Source: Raillietiella orientalis
Taxonomy: Eukaryota
Assembly: GCA_036172245.1 (NCBI GenBank)
Contig: JAYWIR010000014.1
Span: 2,294,001-2,358,000, forward strand
Reading direction: 5' to 3'
Length of the DNA: 64,000 nucleotides
The number at the start of each line of letters is the position of its first letter. Position 1 is the stretch's first letter. The position numbers were made by a program, and so were the translations under genes. Below are positions 23,701 through 34,915 of the stretch, piece after piece. The notes beneath the pieces were generated by a model. The model ran no database searches and was not told where the DNA came from. It worked only from the letters and a program-made list of their open reading frames with translations.

Positions 23701-26700
23701 GCACTGCCCTTGTTTTCCAGAGGACTGCTCCTGCACCAGCGAGGCGTCCTGGAGGAGGCCCTCAACAGCTACGCCAAGGCCATCGATCTCCGTCCAACGC
23801 TGACGCGTGAGTATCGCCCGTCTGGGTGCGTGTAGTCTGCTCCCGCTGACGTCCCCCTTTGCGACCACGGATGGGTTCCGCGCGTGCCTACGCCACTTCT
23901 GTTGCTTCTTTCTTCCTCTCCCCCCTCGTCTCCTTCCTTCTTGAGCGAGACAAGGAAGAGAAGTAGCAGCGGCAATGGCACGTACTCGGAGAGGCAGGAA
24001 GACTTTTCTCGGGAGATGGGGAGGAAGCAGGAAGAATCTCCGAAGATGGGCGCACAATCGCAGGGAGTTGATGGGGGAGGCTGCTGCCACTAAAGCTCTG
24101 CAGCCCCATTCTGTTCCCTGTCCTTTCCTCTTCGCCCTCGGTAAGGAGAAGCAAGTGTTGGACAGTTGCTCCCGACTTCCGGACCTGCTGACCGCTGGTC
24201 GAAGAAGAGAGAAGATCCGGACGAATCCTTTCTTACCCCGTGGGGCAAGATTGGGGAGAGTAGCTTTGGAGCTTTCCCGAGATGGTTGCAGGATACTGGA
24301 GTTAGTGGCTCTCCTCCACATCGAAGGGGGAGGCGGAAGGCTCCTTCCATCTCTTCGACTGGGATCAGCCGCCCTCTTTGGAGATGACCCCTGGAGCGTT
24401 CTTGCTCCCCCTCTCCTTTTCCCTTCCCTCGACACTGTCCTCCTGCTTTCTGCTTTTCCAATGTCGCTTCCTCCTTCCTTCCTTCCCTGGAACTCTTCCT
24501 ACCTCTTTCCGCCCATCGTCCCCACCTTTGTGACCTCCCCCATTCCCGCCCTTCCTTCTACTGTGAGTTAGCTTTCTCTCCCCCTCCTCCTCCTCGTGTC
24601 TGCGGCGCGACGCTCCGAAAGATGGGGACCGTAAATAGATGAGCTGGTAGCCTTGGTCCCTCATGGGGAGGGCGCATCTTTCTTCCTCCTCTTGCGCTCA
24701 TTTATCCTTCAGGAAGGGGGAAGGAGGAGTGGAGTCTACCTTCAATCGCCCCGTAGAGGAAGTCACGACAGCTGCGGCTGCTACTCTCAAGACTCCCGAC
24801 ACTCCTCCTCTTTCCGCGCACTTCGACCCCCTTCCCGCCGGAGAATGACTCTACCGGATCGAATCCAGCAGAGCTCCCTGGGTGGCTGCCCCCACGACAC
24901 AGACGCTGCCTGGACTAACGTGCAGAGGCACCCCATTGGGCAGTGGCATCCGAGGCGCGAGCGCAGAAGCTGCCCTCACGTCCTTTCCGTGACCCCTGAG
25001 GGCCGCTCGCCCCGCTCGAGGGAGAGGACCGGTGTGGAAGAGCTTCTCTTACCCTCTCCCTCCCCTCCTTCCGTCCCTCCCCCGTGGTCGGCTGCTGCTG
25101 AGATGCTTCCGCGAGCGGGGGAGCGCGCTTGGGTTCTCATGGCCATCCCTTGGCAACAGGTGGTGGCTCAGTCTCACTTCCCGCCCTCCTCTCTGCCTTG
25201 CTGCAGAGGGCATGTCATGCCTTTCAGATGCTTACGCGGCCATGGGTCGGCTGCTGCTGGAGACGAAACAGGAACGCCTGGGGGAGCTCTTCCTGCGGCG
25301 GTGCCTCGACCTGGACATTTCCGGCGTCAAGGACAGAAGGGCGCACGAGCGGGCCAAGGCGTCGGCCGCACACGCTCTGGCTTCTATGCACTTCAAGGAG
25401 CGCAACTACGACAAGGCCGTCCTGGTCGTCCAGAGAACCGAGACGGCGGCGGAGGCCGTCTCGCCTGAGGCACAGGTGAGCCCTTCACCAGCGCACCTCG
25501 CGCTTGCAGCAGCCGCCTACGCGAATCCGCCGGCGTCAGAACTCTACGACTGCTGAGCGCTCGCCGTCCCCCTTCGCCCCGCGTTCCTGTCTCCGCTTCG
25601 CCCTCTGCAAGAGGAAGAGCTGTGAAAGGTGCAGTGCCTCCTCCCCATCCCCTTCTCCCTCCATTGCCCTTGCTCTCCCCTCTTTTCCCATTATTTTTAC
25701 TTTTTCATTCTTCCCCTTTGACTCATAACGAATTCGATTGCAACATCCCCCGAGCTCCACGAGTAGCGCGCCTCGATCCCGGGGACCCCCAAGATTCCAC
25801 CCGAGGGCTGCTCGCGCAGCGCCGCTCCGGGAGAGCCACAAGGAGGATCGCAGCACGGCAGGACCTGCCTCGGAACTCCGCCATACCGCTTTCCTGAAAA
25901 TAGAATTCCGTCGACGCGAGGAGGAGGAGGGGAGGAGGAGAGGGTGACCGGGACGGATGGGGGGAAGGCACCTGCCCCGAGGAACGGTTCCTCGCGACTC
26001 ACTTTGGGATTCGCTTCAGACCCTGTGGGCCGCTCCTGTCCGCTTCCGGGACGGAGCGAAGGCTTCCGGGAAAGGCACCTGGAAAGAGAGATCGTGCGGA
26101 GTCTTCACTTCCCTCTCCCTTATTCGATCGAGGAGCTGGAGAGCAGCGGATCGGCTCCCCTCACCGGGATCGCGAAGATGAGAGATCGTTCGGAGATAGG
26201 GAATCGGTTCCCCACGGAGCTTCCGTTCCCAGACGGCGCTCCCGTACCGGCGACAACTTCCAGAGACAAGATTGCTGCTCCCGACATGAGTTCGACAAGC
26301 GATGGCACTTGCGATTCCCGCCCGCGAGAGCACCGGAGTCGGAGTTCCCCGGGAACATGCTGGAAGGCGGCGTCCAATGGGATGATTCCGCCTTCCGGGA
26401 GCGGGGAGGTGGTCGTCTCGGCAAGCCCGATTGGGCAGGTGCCGCGGGCAGCAGCACGGGCTTTGAGGAGGGTACGAGGCCGCCGGCTGTGCAGGCGCAG
26501 AGGGGACCGAAGCGTACCGGTGGGGGTGCGACCGCGACCCACGGCACTGGGAGAGGGCAGGGACGCATCTAGCGAAATGGGACGCGTGAGAAGAAGGGAG
26601 TCGCGCAGGTGGATGAAGGAAGGAAGGGGGAGATGCTGGTCCCCGCGAGAGGACGATGTGGGGCGAGAGCGAGTGGCCGATCCAGAGGGAAGGGGGACGC

Positions 26701-29700
26701 AGCGGCGCCACACAGACTGCACTCTCAACCGAGCGGGACGTTGTGGCGCGCGATGACGTCAATCGAGACTTTCCCACCCCCTCGGGATGCGATCCCTCTG
26801 CGTAAGGGAGAGAGATAGAGAGAAAAGCCCCGGGATCGACCCTGGAAGGGGTGTGCGCGAATCCCCCCCCGGAGACCCAGGCAATTCATAGGCGGAGACC
26901 CCGCCGCGGTCCATTCCTGAAGCCCTGTTGACTCCCCCTCCTCCTCCGGTGCTCACCCAGGACGCTGGCATCTTTCCCGCAGAGGCGGCAGCGGAGGAAA
27001 CAGCAGAAGAGAACGGGGCTGCTGGAGGACCCACGCCGCCTTCTCATGTGCGCGTCTTGCGGACGGACGCCCTAGGGGAAATCGTCCCCCGTTTCCAGGT
27101 CAGGCAGGTCAAGCAGAAGAAAGACGGTCGGAGCCCGCGTCGGAGGCCATGTGGCTGCGGTGTCCACGCGCGGAGAGGAACGTCACGGGTCCCAATACCC
27201 GGAAAGAATCGACGCCGAGAGATGGAGGGATGCGTCTGGGGTTCGAGTTTTTCCCGCCCGATGACGTTGGTTGCCCCATAATCGGGTGAGGCGCTGGTGG
27301 AAGCTGGTAAAAACCGGAAGCCCCTGACGAGTGGCCGGGATTGAGAGTTGACCCTCCGGGGTCCTTCCAAGAAACGGAATCAAGGGGTCCGGTTTCCTTG
27401 TGGGTTCCCCTCCAGCTGTGAAAGGAGACGCCCCCTTCCTTGGGGGGGGGGGGGAGACCCTCCGTCTCGAAACTATGGAGCTGGTGCATTGATGATACCC
27501 CTCCAGACTGCAAGAAGCACTCCACTCCCTTAGGAAGCGCGCTTCAGAGAAAATTCGGAAGCTTCCCTTCCGGATTCTCTACACAAGAGTAAACAGGAGC
27601 GCCTCCCTTGAGGGTTCCCTCCAGAGAAGAAATTCTGGGAGCGGATCCTTTCCGCTTTTCCTTCGTAGAAGAAACTAGCAGTGCCCCCGTCCCTCTGGGG
27701 GTCTCTCGGAGAGAATAAGGAAGAGGTTCCCCTTGGGGATTCCCTTCGGAGACAACTAGGGTGAACGGTGGTCCCTTCGAGGATCCCTACTCCACATTGG
27801 TTCCCATCCCCGTCCCTGGAAGGAGACAGGGAAGGAGCTGAGGCAGGTTCCCATGCCAGGAAAGGCTGCCATGAAGGCCCTGCGTACTCCCCTTCCCCAG
27901 AGACCAGTGGACGGGGGAGGGGAAGCGCGATTCCCGCGGAAGGAGCAGAGACCCTTCCTCCCCAGGGACTTCAACCCGCGTGGCGGCGAAAGAGGAGCTG
28001 AGTGACGTCACGCCCTCGATTGCGAGTCCTCCCATCCGTCCATCTCTTTTTGCCTCTCCGCTCCTTCCTTCCACCCCCTCTCCCCCTTCTTCCCATGGCA
28101 CGGACGATGAGGAGGTCGCACGAGAGAGACGGGAGCTCAGGGGAGAGTCTTGCCCGAAAAAGGGAGAGTCGTTTATCTCTCCTTTTCTCCCCCTCCCGTT
28201 TTTCTTCCCTTCCGGATTTCCTCGTCCCTCCGCCCGCAATGGCGGCGTGCCGGAGGACGCGTGCGCCGCCTCCGCCAGGGTGCGCCCGACTCGCTCGAAG
28301 GGATGCTCCACTCCGTTCTTCAGGGTTTCTCCCTTCCTCCTCTCCTTTCCTCTCCTCCCCCCTCCCACTCGAGGGGAGAATCGCGCGCGAGCAAAACCGC
28401 ACATTCAGCACCCTCGCCCCCCTGCGGTTCTCCCAAGACCGATCCGGAAGCACCTTTCCTTCACACCAGTCAGCCTCACCACAAACTGGGTCTGTTCCGG
28501 GGCTCCAGGATGGAAGGCGGAGATACGGCGGATTGCGAGTTACTCGCGGAGCACCGGTCCTTCCAGAGGGAAAAAACTTGAAGCCCCTGCGTTGCAGCGG
28601 GTGCTGCGGCCAGAAACATCGAAAACGATCCGTTGCCCCTCAACCGCGACCGATGAGATGAATTCGAGATGATGGGAAGGGGAAGAAGACGAGGCCCTGA
28701 CAGCTGGCCTCTTTGGCTGAGCTGCTAAACCCCCAAGAACTCGCATTCGACCCAGAGGGCACCCGCCGAGCGAGTCACAGTCACATTGGGCAAGCGCCCC
28801 AAGGGCTTGCAGGCTGCGTCTGTCCTGACTCCCACGGCAAGAGGGTCATCTGCTTCCCCTCCTCCTACTTTCCGTTTGGATGGGTTGACTGGGACCTACC
28901 TGACTTTCCTCCTCCGGGGGCCACAGACTCGCCTTTCTTCTGAGTAGCAGAGACACTGCAAAGACGGGTCCCCTCTGGTCGACCGGGCAACCGTGCGGGC
29001 TTGGAGGTCGGGCGGCTTTCCTCTTCCCACGAGACATTTTCGCTAAGGTCAGCTGCGACGCGATCCCAGCTGTGAGGCGGCACCACGTGCTGGCGGCTTC
29101 CACAGCCGGGAGCGGTCGAGTCGGAAGCAGTGGTCCGGAAAGGGGGAGGAAAGCGGAGAGGAGGGGGAGGAGGAGGTAGGAGGCATAGGGATCAATTGAA
29201 TCCTCCTCCTCCTCCTCTCTCACGTTGGCTCCAGGCGGTTCCTCCATCTCCTGAGGAGGAAAGGCTCGCCGAACCCTTCCCGTTTTCCCTCGGGGCATGT
29301 GAGGTTTCCGGTCACTGCTGACCCCCAGTGCTTGACGCTTGCTCTCCGGGAGTTTCGATTGGAGCGCCCTCTGCCAGGCAGGAGAGCAAGCTGCTCCCTC
29401 AGGAGCGGAGGTGGCAGCTGCTGATTTAATAGGAGCGGGCGCTTGCGGGCCCCCTTTGTTCTCCGCCCCTTTCTTTCCCCACCTCCCCACCACATGTCGT
29501 GCCTCTTCCAGGAACTCTTCCTGCTGGCGGGGGAGTCCTACTCGGCCCTCGGGGACGCCGAAAAAGCGGAGCAATGGTACAAGAGAGCTCTGGACGTACG
29601 GCCGGACCACTTGTCCACCTGCCTCACCTACGGCAGGTGGCTCTCCAAGAATGTAAGCTCCACCTCCTAGAGCGTTTCCCGGATCATCCTCGAGCGTCCT

Positions 29701-31846
29701 GACGTGTCCCCCCGTTCGAGGAAAGGGGGAGTGGGACCTAGGGTGTCGTGGCTGATGGCGCGTCCAGGAGTCTGCTTGCCCGTAGTGATGGGACGCTGCT
29801 CTCTTGGAACGACACCCTCGCACTCGAGGACTCGAAGACCCGCCCTCTAGGGCCAGCGCGCGCGCACGCTCCTCTTGGTTGAGGCCTCGGGAATTGACCC
29901 GGGCTTCCCGAGGAGAGAATGAAACCGCAGCCTCCCGCATCTCTCCGCCCTTTCTCCCCCACCGGCTTCCGGAGTCGCACTGGGTCATGCTTGAAGAGCT
30001 CCCTGGGAGACTCCATCACTCCTCCTCCCCCCCGTCCCACCCACTCTCGTGCTCCCATAAGCAAGAATAGCGGGGAGGAGATGTCAACACGGGGGACCTT
30101 TCCAGTTGTCGAGATCTGAAGAAGCTGAGAAGTTTTTCCATCGTCTAGAGGCCACGTTCCCAGGGGAGGCGTCTGTTTATCACCAGCACGGTGAGTGCCT
30201 TTCTCCTTTTGCATTCGTCGCAACTCCCTTCCTCTCATTTCCACTTCCCACCCCCATCCCCTTCCTACTGGGAACCTCCGTTTCCCTCCGAAACCTCCCC
30301 CGGGCTCCTGTGAGCGCGCGCATTCCGGTCTCTGCCCGCCACCACCGCGCGCGCGCATCACGTGGTTACGTGCTAGGACGCCGGCGACTCGGATCTGTGG
30401 CGTATAAGCGGCGCCTCGACCGGGGCGCTCGAGTACGCGTAGTGTGAACGCGGAGGTACGGAGGGAAGAGCCAAGGACCAGCAACCAGGAAAGCAGGGAG
30501 AAGTGGAGGAAGCGAGTGCCCCCTTCCGTCGCCCCGCTTGGCCCACGCGCCGTCTGGGAGGCTCCGCGAAACGGTTCGCGGTAACCCCTGCATGTCGCCA
30601 TGGAAGAACGGAAGGAAGAGAGGGGGGGAGGAATGTTGAGATTGCTAGACGGTCTCCATTCTTTTTCACCTCCTCCTTTCCCATTTCTCTTTCTCCCGAT
30701 ACCTCGCCCTGCGTGCCTGGAGGAAGGGGAGAAGGGAAGACAACGCTGCCGCCTCCCGACGCGCTGCGGGCTCGGTGGGGAAGCTCCCGGCAGCTGCGGC
30801 TGCCTGAGGGGACGTGACGCTCGCCCACTCCTCGATCCAGGAAGGGAGGGGGGCGTTCGGTTAGGCACCTTTCCTCCTCCTCCTGCCTTCCTCTCTTTTT
30901 CTCATGCTTTGCATCCTCACCCTCCCTTCCTTCCTATTCGAGCCCCATCCTCCCCTTTCAGTTTCCGTCGCCAAGTGAGCACGGGGACCGACGTCTTCAC
31001 CCCATGTTCTCGTTGCTCCTCCCCAGGGCATCTCTTGTACGAGCTGCTCCGCTTCGACGAAGCTGTCGTCAAGTATCTGAGGGCCGTCTCTCTGACCCCC
31101 AGCGATGCCTCCCTGCTGTTCAACGCGGCCAACGCCCTGAGGGAAGTCGGGCGACGGGAAGAGGCTCTGCTCTTTTATCGTAGAGCCCTACATCTGCATC
31201 CAGGCGTGAGTAGGGGAAAAAATCCAGCAGACTTCAGGGAGAGGGGGAGGAAGAGAGGGAAGGGAAGGAAAGTTGCCCACTCTGCGGAGGATTCCCGACC
31301 CTCCTCGCTCCTTTTTTCTCCTTCTTTTCTTTCTCTCCCTTTGTCTCAAAGGGCATGAATGAGCGCTAAACTTCCAACGGCCAGCCCCTCCCCCCATTCC
31401 CTGCTCTTCCTTGCTGAAGGGAGGAGAGGGTGGACATCAGAAGAAGAGAAAGAAAAGAGCAACAAGGGACGCGCGGGGGGCGCCCTCCTCCCGCCTTTCC
31501 TATTCACTGGCATCTCGACTGCGTCCGGGTTCGCGAGGAGGGCTGCATGCTCCCCCCCTTGTACTTTCTCTTCCCGATCTCCTTTCGCTCACCCTCTCTG
31601 AATCCGCTCTTCTTGCAGGACGCGTCTATCTACCTGAACCTGGGGGCGACACTGCACCTGAGCGGGAACCTGCCGGAGGCGGAAGTGCATTACCTGAAGG
31701 CCCTGAGCCTAAGACCCCACGACAAGACGGCGCTGGTGAACCTGCGGAGCCTGCGTCAGCGGCAGGGAGGAGGAGGAGGAGACGGTGCAAGAAGGAGCAC
31801 CAGGAACGCATCGTTGAGCTCCTCGAGGAAAAACTTTCTCCACTGA
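8716..31846 (+). CDS. TMTC2: TMTC2-like protein O-mannosyltransferase (transmembrane and TPR repeat-containing), spliced: join(8716-8780,16608-17298,18587-19505,21011-21125,23721-23806,25228-25475,29512-29652,30106-30190,31027-31205,31619-31846); 2757 nt, about 918 aa
   Basis: The hand-joined exons give one open frame through GT-AG introns. Motifs match TMTC2 as I recall it: YCNTLGAGFVYDD, NDFWG..LTHLGSHKSYRP, HPIHTEAVAGIVGRAD, KENGVTVL, PSFSASDNPA, LSFDWSM, NLFFYVGFTIAERLLYIPSMG, then TPRs ending LNLGATLHLSG..EAEVHYLKALSLRP. The start codon is uncertain. Confidence 0.93.
11100..11240. repeat. Degenerate (CAT/TCC)n low-complexity tract
   Basis: catcctcatcaccatcttcatc-type periodicity; reads as a D/E-rich peptide on the minus strand. 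Confidence 0.7.
12760..14030 (+). pseudogene. Highly degenerate hAT-like DNA transposase relic in TMTC2 intron 1
   Basis: Ordered motif remnants across frames: IQETMNG, SSDG (12988), HFHGVLH (CxxH-like, 13078-13098), RW (13199), WRRVAFASD..LQ (13378), FQDRL..LLKDPF, PFSTTVRVER (13980). No TIRs found. Confidence 0.45.
16608..17298 (+). CDS. TMTC2: TMTC2 exon 2
   Basis: Polypyrimidine tract plus CTCCAG acceptor; encodes PSIIENEDVV...NDFWG...GSHKSYRP...HTEAVAGIVGRAD...KENGVTVL; donor AAG|GTCAGT, phase 0. Confidence 0.95.
18587..19505 (+). CDS. TMTC2: TMTC2 exon 3 (DUF1736-type region and last TM helices)
   Basis: Acceptor TTCCAG; encodes PSFSASDNPA, LSFDWSM, AERLLYIPSMG, RNGEWKDEESLY; donor G|GTGAGA, phase 1. 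Confidence 0.95.
19990..20360 (-). pseudogene. Possible hAT transposase remnant in TMTC2 intron 3
   Basis: DEKRIS..., then EVLRDLGIPKKHLV followed by a frameshifted PDG (about 20064-20072). Confidence 0.3.
21011..21125 (+). CDS. TMTC2: TMTC2 exon 4 (TPR)
   Basis: Acceptor TTTCAG; encodes ALGNLGVVFSLQRREKEAEWAYRQALLRRPNMADVHYNL; donor CT|GTGAGT, phase 2. Confidence 0.93.
22255..22900 (-). mobile_element. L1/Tx1-like retrotransposon 3' fragment, copy 3, antisense in TMTC2 intron 4
   Basis: Terminal motif GGTCACGCCAGGGCATTTATT nearly identical to copy 1. Shared 3'UTR blocks (aagggaagggtc, tctttggttt). Translation EQAILLLLHMEF*CDER resembles copy 1 WKQVVLLFIHW / FQCNER. 5' end approximate. Confidence 0.7.
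23721..23806 (+). CDS. TMTC2: TMTC2 exon 5 (TPR)
   Basis: Acceptor TTTTCCAG; encodes GLLLHQRGVLEEALNSYAKAIDLRPTLT; donor C|GTGAGT, phase 1. Confidence 0.93.
25228..25475 (+). CDS. TMTC2: TMTC2 exon 6 (TPR)
   Basis: Acceptor CTTTCAG; encodes AYAAMGRLLL...CLDLDISGVKDRRAHERAK, matching the TMTC2 'LKDPHAH' segment; donor CAG|GTGAGC, phase 0. Confidence 0.9.
27350..27790. repeat. Degenerate ~40-bp minisatellite (about 11 units) in TMTC2 intron 6
   Basis: tcccttg-like unit starts at about 27352, 27395, 27437, 27486, 27526, 27564, 27604, 27646, 27690, 27728 and 27772. Confidence 0.65.
29512..29652 (+). CDS. TMTC2: TMTC2 exon 7 (TPR)
   Basis: Acceptor CTTCCAG; encodes ELFLLAGESYSALGDAEKAEQWYKRALDVRPDHLSTCLTYGRWLSKN; donor AAT|GTAAGC, phase 0. 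Confidence 0.93.
30106..30190 (+). CDS. TMTC2: TMTC2 exon 8 (TPR)
   Basis: Acceptor TTTCCAG; encodes LSRSEEAEKFFHRLEATFPGEASVYHQH; donor G|GTGAGT, phase 1. Confidence 0.9.
31027..31205 (+). CDS. TMTC2: TMTC2 exon 9 (TPR)
   Basis: Acceptor CCCCAG; encodes GHLLYELLRFDEAVVKYLRAVSLTPSDASLLFNAANALREVGRREEALLFYRRALHLHPG; donor GGC|GTGAGT, phase 0. Confidence 0.93.
31619..31846 (+). CDS. TMTC2: TMTC2 exon 10 (last TPR and stop)
   Basis: Acceptor TCTTGCAG; encodes DASIYLNLGATLHLSGNLPEAEVHYLKALSLRPHDKTALVNLRSL...; TGA ends at 31846. Confidence 0.93.
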   Translation, partial: DASIYLNLGATLHLSGNLPEAEVHYLKALSLRPHDKTALVNLRSLRQRQGGGGGDGARRSTRNASLSSSRKNFLH

Positions 31847-31942
31847 AGAGGGCGAAGGACTCCTCCCGGTTCTCTCTCCAGTCAGCCACGGTTCCCTCCC
31901 CTCCCGTCCACTTGCGGGCTGTCCGACGAAACCCGAGAGATC

Positions 31943-31948
31943 AATAAA
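31943..31948 (+). promoter_or_regulatory. Candidate polyadenylation signal of TMTC2
   Basis: AATAAA about 97 nt after the stop codon. Confidence 0.6.
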
Positions 31949-32695
31949 AGACCCTAAGAGGGGGACCTCGTTTAAGGATGATGATGATGCTGTGTACGGA
32001 CCCGGAAGAAGGGCTAAGGGCAGAGGGAATAGGATGAATCGATGAGAGGAGAGCCGGATGGGCACAGAGGTGGTCAGGAGTCTTGACTGGATCTGGCAAT
32101 GCCAACAGCTTGAGGCAGCAGCTGACGACTGACGAACCACCAGCCTCGTCAGCAGGTGGAGGATGCCACGATTTTCTCTGGTCCGCTCGGCGCATCGGCA
32201 GTCGCTTGTCACCCCGCTGGGCATCGCCTGCATGGTGGTGCAGCTGGCGAACATCCAGCTCCTTTCTTCGGCATTGAGTCCGTCTTTTGCCGCAGGGAAA
32301 AGGAGCGGTTTGCAATGCCGTCCAGTAGCTGGTGTTCGGGCGGCTCCGCCGGAAATGTCCTCAGGTGCAGCAGCGCCTTCCTCGGCTTTTCACTGCCTCT
32401 TCGCCATCCAGGAGGGAAGGACTATTTCCCTCCGTCACGAAGAAGGTGCGACTGGCGTCGCTTGGTTGTGGCATCTCCCAGCACGAAGAGACGCACCTGC
32501 GGAGTGAAGCGCAGCTGAGCAAGCCAAGCCGAACCGCATCCTGTGACTTGCACGTAACCCTTCTCCAGAACCGTGCAAGCGAAGGAGAGAGTGAGGAAGC
32601 CTCTTCGCCCCGAATAAGAGGGAAGCTGAGGACTGGCTGAGAGCAGAGGTCTTCTGCCTCCGGGCTGCTCCGGTATGGCAGCGGCCCGCCTCCAA

Positions 32696-34915
32696 GATCT
32701 CCTCTTCAACATGCCGCCAGCGCGGAAGACGAAGCCACCGAAGGAAGGGTTCCTGCCGGAAGTTCCCGCTTCAGAGGAAGGGAGAGGAGAGATCGTTCGC
32801 TAGAACCGGGGACGGTCTCTTCCGAAAGGGATTCTGCTCGTCCGCGCAGGATAGGATCGGTGTCGAAGCGTCGAACCCTGCTCAACGTTCAGACGTTTCC
32901 CGTGGTGCGCGCGTCCGACCGGATTGGAGGTGCGCGCGTTCTGATGCGGAAGTCGTGGCTTATCGATCCCGGGAGTTACAGCTCCGCTTCGGCTGGAAGG
33001 CTGCTCCGTGCAGGAGTTACCGCATTCTGAAGGTCGATGAAGGCCAAGGAAACGCGCCGAAATTTTCTTGCTCAGCCGAGCTCGGAACGGTGGGGCGAAA
33101 AAAGTCGGGTTCCCATGCCCTGCAGGAATGGAGCTGATCCCCTTGTGGATAAAGCCGTTCCCGAAGCCTCCGAGGATGGCGCTTCGCGCGTCATCGGCTA
33201 TGCATGTTGTCCGTGCTGCTGAGGATGGAAGAAACCCACGGACACAGGTGTCCATCACGACATTGGGGCTGCTCGGAGAGACAGTGTGGGGCACCCATGG
33301 TTCCAGGGAAGACTTCCAGGACACCCTTGCGGTCTTTTCCTCATCCTGAGGCGAATGGTGGAGGTGGACGAGAGTAGATCCACGTGGTGCATCCACAGAT
33401 TTTCAGGATGCTCGGGGAGAAGGAAGCTGGAAAGGACATGAGCACGGAAGCCGACAAAGATGCCTTTCGTTTCTTCCACGTCCTTTTCCCTCCTCAGCAG
33501 CAGATCCCGGGCTCCGGGAATCCGGAGGATGGACTCTTCCCTCCTCTCCCGTTCGTCCCGGAATTCACCTCCTTCTGACTAGGCGGAGCGGACTTCCTTC
33601 GTAAGATGGATCTTCCCCTGCTGCTCTCGCTCGAACGATTGCCAGGATCACCCGGACGTCCCATCACTTGCCAAAAATGAAGATTTATCCTCTCTACAGG
33701 AAGTTATCTTGAAAAGGACCTCTCTCCTCCAACAGATGATGATTTGGGAAAATACCTTTTCTCAGAACAAGGAGGGAACGGGACCTGCGTATCCCAGACG
33801 TCCCACCACTTGTCCGGGAGGTGTGATTTACACAACCGGCACTGTCACTATCACGGAAATCTGGCCTTCCCCCAGCGATGTAACCCCTTGCCAAAACAGC
33901 GGGTCGGCTCCCTGAAAAGGAGGAAGATCACCTGGCGGCGCCAGCTAAGCCAGGATCTCCTTTCGCGGGTGGCGACGCCAGCTTCGCGCCTCCTTGGCAA
34001 ACTCTCTGTCTCTCTCCCTCTTCTTGGTCGCGGTCACACGCGCGCGCCCGTAGGAAGACTTGGACCCTGTCGCAGTTCGCAGCTTCCCTCTCTGCCGAGG
34101 CGTAGCGATCTCTGGACGTCCGCCCAGCCGGGATCCATCCCTGGAGAGTTGCCACGGCAAACGAGTCAGAGCCCTTCCGCTCCACAGATCCTCCCCCTCC
34201 CCCCCTAACGGGATGCTGGCGGAAGTAGCAGATGCTTCTCCGGGGATTCGAACTCCGCGGCGGCGAAAGCAAGCTCTTCCGCCGCCGCCGCCACCACGGG
34301 CGCGTGCGTGAGGAAGGGACGCTCCTGAGTGAGGCCGCGTGCTCATCAGGGAGCCGTCGGAAGGGCCTCGGGAGACTCGTTATGCCTCGAGACTGAGCTC
34401 CCGGGGACGTGTACATCCCCGGAGAAACATAAAATCCGGGGGTGTCCCCTGCATCCTCAGGGTATCTTCCAGTGGCAGGATCGCTGAATCTCCGGAGCAC
34501 CCCCATCACACCTCTGAATAAGGGAGCATAGGGCCTCCCTTTCTTTCCTCCCCCCCTCTCCAATAAAAAGAGTGCCTTTGGTCCTTCGAAATGACTAGGG
34601 GTGGCAGTGGACCGCCGCAGGCAGCCGAGGCACGCAGCATCGGACCACTTGTTTCTCCTAGGTCAGTGCAGGGTCCTTCTAGCCCTTTCCACTTCCCCTT
34701 TCCTCGAATGTGTCTTTAAAGAACTCTTCGGCAAATCCCCAGGAGCGCTCTTGAGCACTCTTTCCTCTAAAGTTGTCGAAAGGGCACAGGAAGGCTTCAC
34801 CTCTTCGTCGGGATCTCCTCTTCGACATCCCGCCAACGCGGATGACGAAGCGGCCTCAAAGTGGTAGAAGTGGGAGAAGGGATTTTGCCGGAAGTTCCCG
34901 CTTCGGAGGAGGGAA
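32696..34915 (+). repeat. Diverged direct repeat pair, 32696-32783 and 34812-34915
   Basis: Shared gatctcctcttc.aca..ccgcca.cgcgga.gacgaagc block and an identical 19-mer tgccggaagttcccgcttc at 32754 and 34886. Confidence 0.8.
33630..33900 (-). pseudogene. Possible hAT transposase remnant
   Basis: EKVFSQIIIC...KSSFLASDGTS resembles the hAT 'LVGFASDGAS' catalytic-Asp region. Confidence 0.35.

Noticed and set aside
27350..27790. CRISPR-like array
   Set aside because: Units are degenerate along their whole length with no invariant repeat and unique spacers, there are no cas genes, and the locus is a spliceosomal intron.
28846..30868. Long minus-strand ORFs (380 aa and 376 aa) and similar 200-270 aa ORFs
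   Set aside because: R/G/P/S-rich with no recognisable domain, antisense to TMTC2 exons and introns. Expected by chance in GC-rich, stop-poor DNA.
33929..33944. CACCTGGCGGCGCCAG resembling the LINE 3' terminal motif
   Set aside because: Lacks the adjoining TTTATT and any 3'UTR or ORF2 similarity.
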